DNA of 11,321 nt, from positions 1 through 11,321 of IMG/VR virus record IMGVR_UViG_2700989272_000002; one strand, written 5' to 3'. Positions 8,300-11,321 of this stretch are shown one piece after another. The stretch is from a virus (Duplodnaviria > Heunggongvirae > Uroviricota > Caudoviricetes). Below the pieces are notes generated by a model. It had not been told where the DNA came from. It saw only the letters and a program-made list of their open reading frames with translations, and did not search any database. How positions within the stretch are numbered: position 1 is the first letter of the stretch; every line of letters begins with the position of its first letter. The translations under genes and the position numbers were made by a program.

Positions 8300-8971
8300 T
8301 CAGCGACCAATCACCACAACCTGACCACCGTCCCCTTCGTCTGCCGTGCTGATTTCCTGAGATACCACCCGCGACCCCACGCGCATTTCACCGTACAGAA
8401 CGGGCAGAACATTGCCCTGGGCAACCATGTTATCCAGTGAGGAGAAATACGTGTTTTGTTTGCCGTTATCCGTTGTCTGTGTACGGGGAGTTCTGGCTTT
8501 CGGTGCCAGCATCTGCGCCACACCACCAAGTACCATACTGGCACCGAGAGAAAACAGGATGCCGGTCATACCACCGGCCCCAATGGCTGCCCCCCATGCT
8601 GCAAGGGTGGCTCCGGCGGTAAAGAATGATCCGGCAATGGCGGCTGCTCCCAGGACAATCTGGAATACGCCCCCTGACTTGGCCCCGGCGACTCTGGGAA
8701 CAATATGAATCACAGCGCCGTCAGGCAGAACCTCATGTAACTGCGCCGTCAATCCGGACGTGCTGACATCCCGCCCGGCAATCCGTACCTGATACCAGCC
8801 GTCGCTCAGTTTCTGACGAAACGCCGGGTTCTGCATGGCCAGCGCCCGGATGGCTTCAGCCCCCGTTTTCACACGAAGGTCGATGCGGCGGCCAAATCGT
8901 TGTAAATCCCCGTAAAGGCAGATGCGCGCCATGCCCGGTGACGCCAGAGGGAGTGTGTGCGTCGCTGCCAT
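8300..8971 (-). CDS. I: tail tip assembly protein I
   Basis: 223-aa ORF, MAATHTLPLASPGMARICLYGDLQRFGRRIDLRVKTGAEAIRALA..., matching my recollection of lambda gpI (223 aa). Its 5' end overlaps the 3' end of K by about 100 nt in another frame, as in lambda. Confidence 0.9.
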   Translation of the reverse strand: MAATHTLPLASPGMARICLYGDLQRFGRRIDLRVKTGAEAIRALAMQNPAFRQKLSDGWYQVRIAGRDVSTSGLTAQLHEVLPDGAVIHIVPRVAGAKSGGVFQIVLGAAAIAGSFFTAGATLAAWGAAIGAGGMTGILFSLGASMVLGGVAQMLAPKARTPRTQTTDNGKQNTYFSSLDNMVAQGNVLPVLYGEMRVGSRVVSQEISTADEGDGGQVVVIGR

Positions 8972-9612
8972 TTGTCGGTATACCTCTCTCGTTTGCTCAG
9001 TTGTTCAGGAATATGGTGCAGCAGCTCGCCGTCACCACAGTAAATGGCGGCATGATTCGGCACCGATGAACCAAAACAGCACAGCAGCACATCGCCCGGT
9101 TGTGCTGATGACAACGGCACCTGATACAGCCCTGTGGCCTCCAGATTATCCAGATAGAGATTCTGACCGTGACGCCACCAGTCATCCCCGCGATGAAAAT
9201 TCGGCATCTCAATCCCCGCCAGATGATAAGCATCCCGGAACAGCGTGTAACAGTCCGTCACCCCGTGCTCAAAGCGCCGCCCGGTGAGATGCGGCACACA
9301 GCGGAACTTATGAATCGCCCCCCGGCAGACCAGCAACCACGGCAAATCACTCTGCACCTGCAGCCGCCGGTCAGCCTCACTCAGCCAGGGCAGACCACCG
9401 GGGTGGCTGTGGACCAGCGCCACAATCTCACCCTGCATTTCTGCCTGCAGCCAGTCCTCCGGAGCCATCCGGAAATAATCCTCCGGCTCACCGGAAATAT
9501 TCACGCAGGGAAAATATCTTTCCCCCTCCGGCGTTCTCACCACGAAGCCGCACGACTCCGCTGGCGCACATCGCCGGGCGTGCGCCAGAATCGCTGATTC
9601 TGTCTCTGTCAT
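8869..9612 (-). CDS. K: tail tip assembly protein K (JAB/MPN-type metalloprotease motif plus NlpC/P60-like C-terminal half)
   Basis: The ORF contains a JAMM-type motif, HSHPGGLPWLSEAD (H-x-H-x7-S-x2-D), and downstream Cys/His residues typical of NlpC/P60 (..DCYTLF.., ..NHAAIY.., ..HHIPE). I call the start at the ATG at 9610-9612 (MTETESAIL...), 4 nt after the L stop. The lambda-annotated 199-aa form would start at the internal ATG at 9466-9468 (MAPEDW...). The track ORF runs to 9687, but that part overlaps L. Confidence 0.8.
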   Translation of the reverse strand: MTETESAILAHARRCAPAESCGFVVRTPEGERYFPCVNISGEPEDYFRMAPEDWLQAEMQGEIVALVHSHPGGLPWLSEADRRLQVQSDLPWLLVCRGAIHKFRCVPHLTGRRFEHGVTDCYTLFRDAYHLAGIEMPNFHRGDDWWRHGQNLYLDNLEATGLYQVPLSSAQPGDVLLCCFGSSVPNHAAIYCGDGELLHHIPEQLSKRERYTDKWQRRTHSLWRHRAWRASAFTGIYNDLAAASTFV

Positions 9613-9616
9613 GGGA

Positions 9617-10315
9617 TTACTGCGAAAGTTTGTTAATGGAAAGGAAGCCGCCAAAGTTGCCGACGTTATTGCGAAACTTACAGCCACTCAGGCATTTGCT
9701 GCATTTATCCTTCGTGATATCGGACGTTGGCTGGTCATATTCATCCGCGACCGCCGGACCGTGATAACCGCACTCATCGCCGCGATAGGTCCAGGTGCAG
9801 GTGTTGGCCAGCATGATACGTCCCGGAAAAACAGCGCCGTCCGTTTCCGTCGGCGTGGACAGTACAAAAGAGGCACTCACCGCGCTCAGTTCGCTGCACT
9901 GCTCAATGCGCCAGCGGCTGATCACCTCCTGCTCCGGATCGGCGTCGCTGTTTCCGTTGACGAAGTTCACCGCATCCAGAAAACGGGCGTAAACCTTACG
10001 CCGGACCACCGTTCCGCCGACCAGACTCTGCAGATCTTCCGCCATCCCGGTGACCATACCGTACAGGTTAGAAACCGTCAGCGTGGGGCGCGTACTGGTG
10101 CCTTTGCCATTCAGTTCAAAACCACTCCCCTGAATGGGATACGGCTGATACTGTCGCCCCTGCCAGGTGACCGGCTCACCTTTTTCGTTCTGCTCATTAC
10201 AGAAAAAATAACGTTCTCCACCGACCTCTGTCAGGTCGATTTCCCAGAGCACCACGCTGGCCGACTGCTCCGCACGGGTGCATTCATTCAGTGTTTCCTG
10301 CCGGATATCCTGCAT
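9617..10315 (-). CDS. L: tail tip protein L (Cys-rich C-terminus consistent with the reported Fe-S cluster site)
   Basis: 232-aa ORF, MQDIRQETLNECTRAEQSASVVLWEIDLTEVGGERYFFCNEQ..., matching my recollection of lambda gpL (232 aa). The C-terminal ~60 aa carry five Cys (..CTWTYRGDECGYHG..KDKCSKCLSGCKF..). The start ATG shares one base with the M stop codon. Confidence 0.9.
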   Translation of the reverse strand: MQDIRQETLNECTRAEQSASVVLWEIDLTEVGGERYFFCNEQNEKGEPVTWQGRQYQPYPIQGSGFELNGKGTSTRPTLTVSNLYGMVTGMAEDLQSLVGGTVVRRKVYARFLDAVNFVNGNSDADPEQEVISRWRIEQCSELSAVSASFVLSTPTETDGAVFPGRIMLANTCTWTYRGDECGYHGPAVADEYDQPTSDITKDKCSKCLSGCKFRNNVGNFGGFLSINKLSQ

Positions 10316-10644
10316 CAGTTCACCACCTGTTCAAACTCTGCGCTGAACTCAACACGCAGCATACTGACCCGCGACGACCATTTTGCGCAGGTCACCTTTA
10401 TCTGCCGCCACTCATAAGGCGGCGTCCACAGAAAGGCTTTCCAGCCCCCGTGCTCTTCCAGAAACGACTCCAGTACCGTGGCCTCCTCACGGGGGACAGA
10501 AAGCGTCACGCTGTACGTTTTCAGGTTGGCATTCAGCCCGGCAGGCGCTCGCTGGGAATAGCCATCACCAAAGCGCACCTTTCTTACAGAAGGGGCCGAA
10601 GCCACATCCATACCGGGTTTCACTTTCCAGCGGAAGGTTTTCAT
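10315..10644 (-). CDS. M: tail tip protein M
   Basis: 109-aa ORF, the same length as lambda gpM. Its ATG (10642-10644) overlaps the H stop TGA (10641-10643) as ATGA, which suggests translational coupling. Its position between H and L matches lambda. Confidence 0.9.
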   Translation of the reverse strand: MKTFRWKVKPGMDVASAPSVRKVRFGDGYSQRAPAGLNANLKTYSVTLSVPREEATVLESFLEEHGGWKAFLWTPPYEWRQIKVTCAKWSSRVSMLRVEFSAEFEQVVN

Positions 10645-11321
10645 CGTCCACCTCCGGAGAACAGGCCACCATCACGCATCTGTGTCTGAATTTCATCACG
10701 GGCACCCTTGCGGGCCATGTCATACACCGCCTTCAGAGCAGCCGGACCTATCTGCCCGTTCGTGCCGTCGTTGTTAATCACCACATGGTTATTCTGCTCA
10801 AACGTCCCGGACACCTGCGACCGGCTGTCAGCCAGACTGCCCGGTGTACCGACATAACCACCGGTGGCATAGCCGCGCATCAGCCGGTAGAGATTCCCCA
10901 CGCCAATCCGGCTGGTTGCCTCCTTCGTGAAGACAAATTCACCACGGTGAACAATCCCCGCTGGCTCATATTTGCCGCCGGTTCCCGTAAATCCTCCGGT
11001 TGCAAAATGGAATTTCGCCGCAGCGGCCTGAATGGCTGTACCGCCTGATGCGGATGCGCCGCCACCAACAGCCCCGCCAATGGCGCTGCCGATACTCCCG
11101 ACAATCCCCACCATTGCCTGCTTAAGCAGAATTTCTGTCATCATGGACAGCACGGAACGGGTGAAGCTGCGCCAGTTCTGCTCACTGCCGGTCAGCATCG
11201 CTGCCATATTCTGTGCAATACCATCAAAGGTCTGCGTGGCTGCACTTTTTACCTGCGACATACTGTCCGTGGCGCTCTCTTCCCACTCACTCCAGCCGGA
11301 CTTCAGGCCTGCCATCCAGCT
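10641..11321 (-). CDS. H: tail tape measure protein H, C-terminal fragment (5' end lies beyond the window edge)
   Basis: The reading frame is open through the window end (codons at 11316-11321 continue the frame upstream of the listed Met). The Gly-rich C-terminal region and the position immediately upstream of M, with an ATGA stop/start overlap, fit lambda gpH. Confidence 0.85.
   Translation of the reverse strand, partial: SWMAGLKSGWSEWEESATDSMSQVKSAATQTFDGIAQNMAAMLTGSEQNWRSFTRSVLSMMTEILLKQAMVGIVGSIGSAIGGAVGGGASASGGTAIQAAAAKFHFATGGFTGTGGKYEPAGIVHRGEFVFTKEATSRIGVGNLYRLMRGYATGGYVGTPGSLADSRSQVSGTFEQNNHVVINNDGTNGQIGPAALKAVYDMARKGARDEIQTQMRDGGLFSGGGR

Noticed and set aside
9613-9687. 25-codon N-terminal extension of the K ORF (MAVSFAITSATLAASFPLTNFRSNP)
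   Set aside because: It overlaps the 3' coding end of L in another frame. The ATG at 9610-9612, 4 nt after the L stop, is the more economical start.
9611-11048. Plus-strand ORFs of 268 aa and 221 aa
   Set aside because: They are antisense to the L, M and H genes and show no start or RBS context. I treat them as shadow ORFs.
1-11321. Searched for CRISPR repeats, tRNA or rRNA genes, and IS or transposon ends
   Set aside because: I found no regularly spaced direct repeats with spacers, no cloverleaf-compatible or rRNA-like segments, and no terminal inverted repeats flanking a transposase-like ORF. The only tandem repeats are the coding 21-mers inside stf.

Overview
This window is the distal tail module of a lambda-like (lambdoid) enterobacterial phage or prophage, with every supported gene on the minus strand. 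In transcription order (high to low coordinates) it holds the 3' end of the tape-measure gene H (cut by the window edge), then M, L, K, I, the central tail fiber/host-specificity gene J, the outer-membrane moron lom, and a large side tail fiber gene (stf). Family assignments come from reading the supplied translations and recognising lambda-like proteins from memory; no database search was run. Gene junctions follow the lambda pattern: H/M share ATGA, M/L share one base, K and I overlap by about 100 nt in different frames, and a 60-nt gap separates I from J. Intrinsic-terminator-like hairpins flank lom on both sides. The side tail fiber has an N-terminal lambda-Stf-like domain, an Ala/Ser/Thr-rich section with 21-nt tandem repeats, a long distal region, and a C-terminal domain that looks like a self-cleaving intramolecular chaperone; no separate tfa-like chaperone gene follows it. 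The leftmost ~690 bp are strongly AT-rich and lack long ORFs, but contain a promoter-like element, a 33-codon hydrophobic ORF and a clean plus-strand terminator. I saw no tRNA, rRNA, CRISPR array or IS element. I did not find a clearly novel multi-gene system; the most notable items are the tail fiber architecture, the divergent J C-terminus, the K start site, and the AT-rich cargo-like segment.
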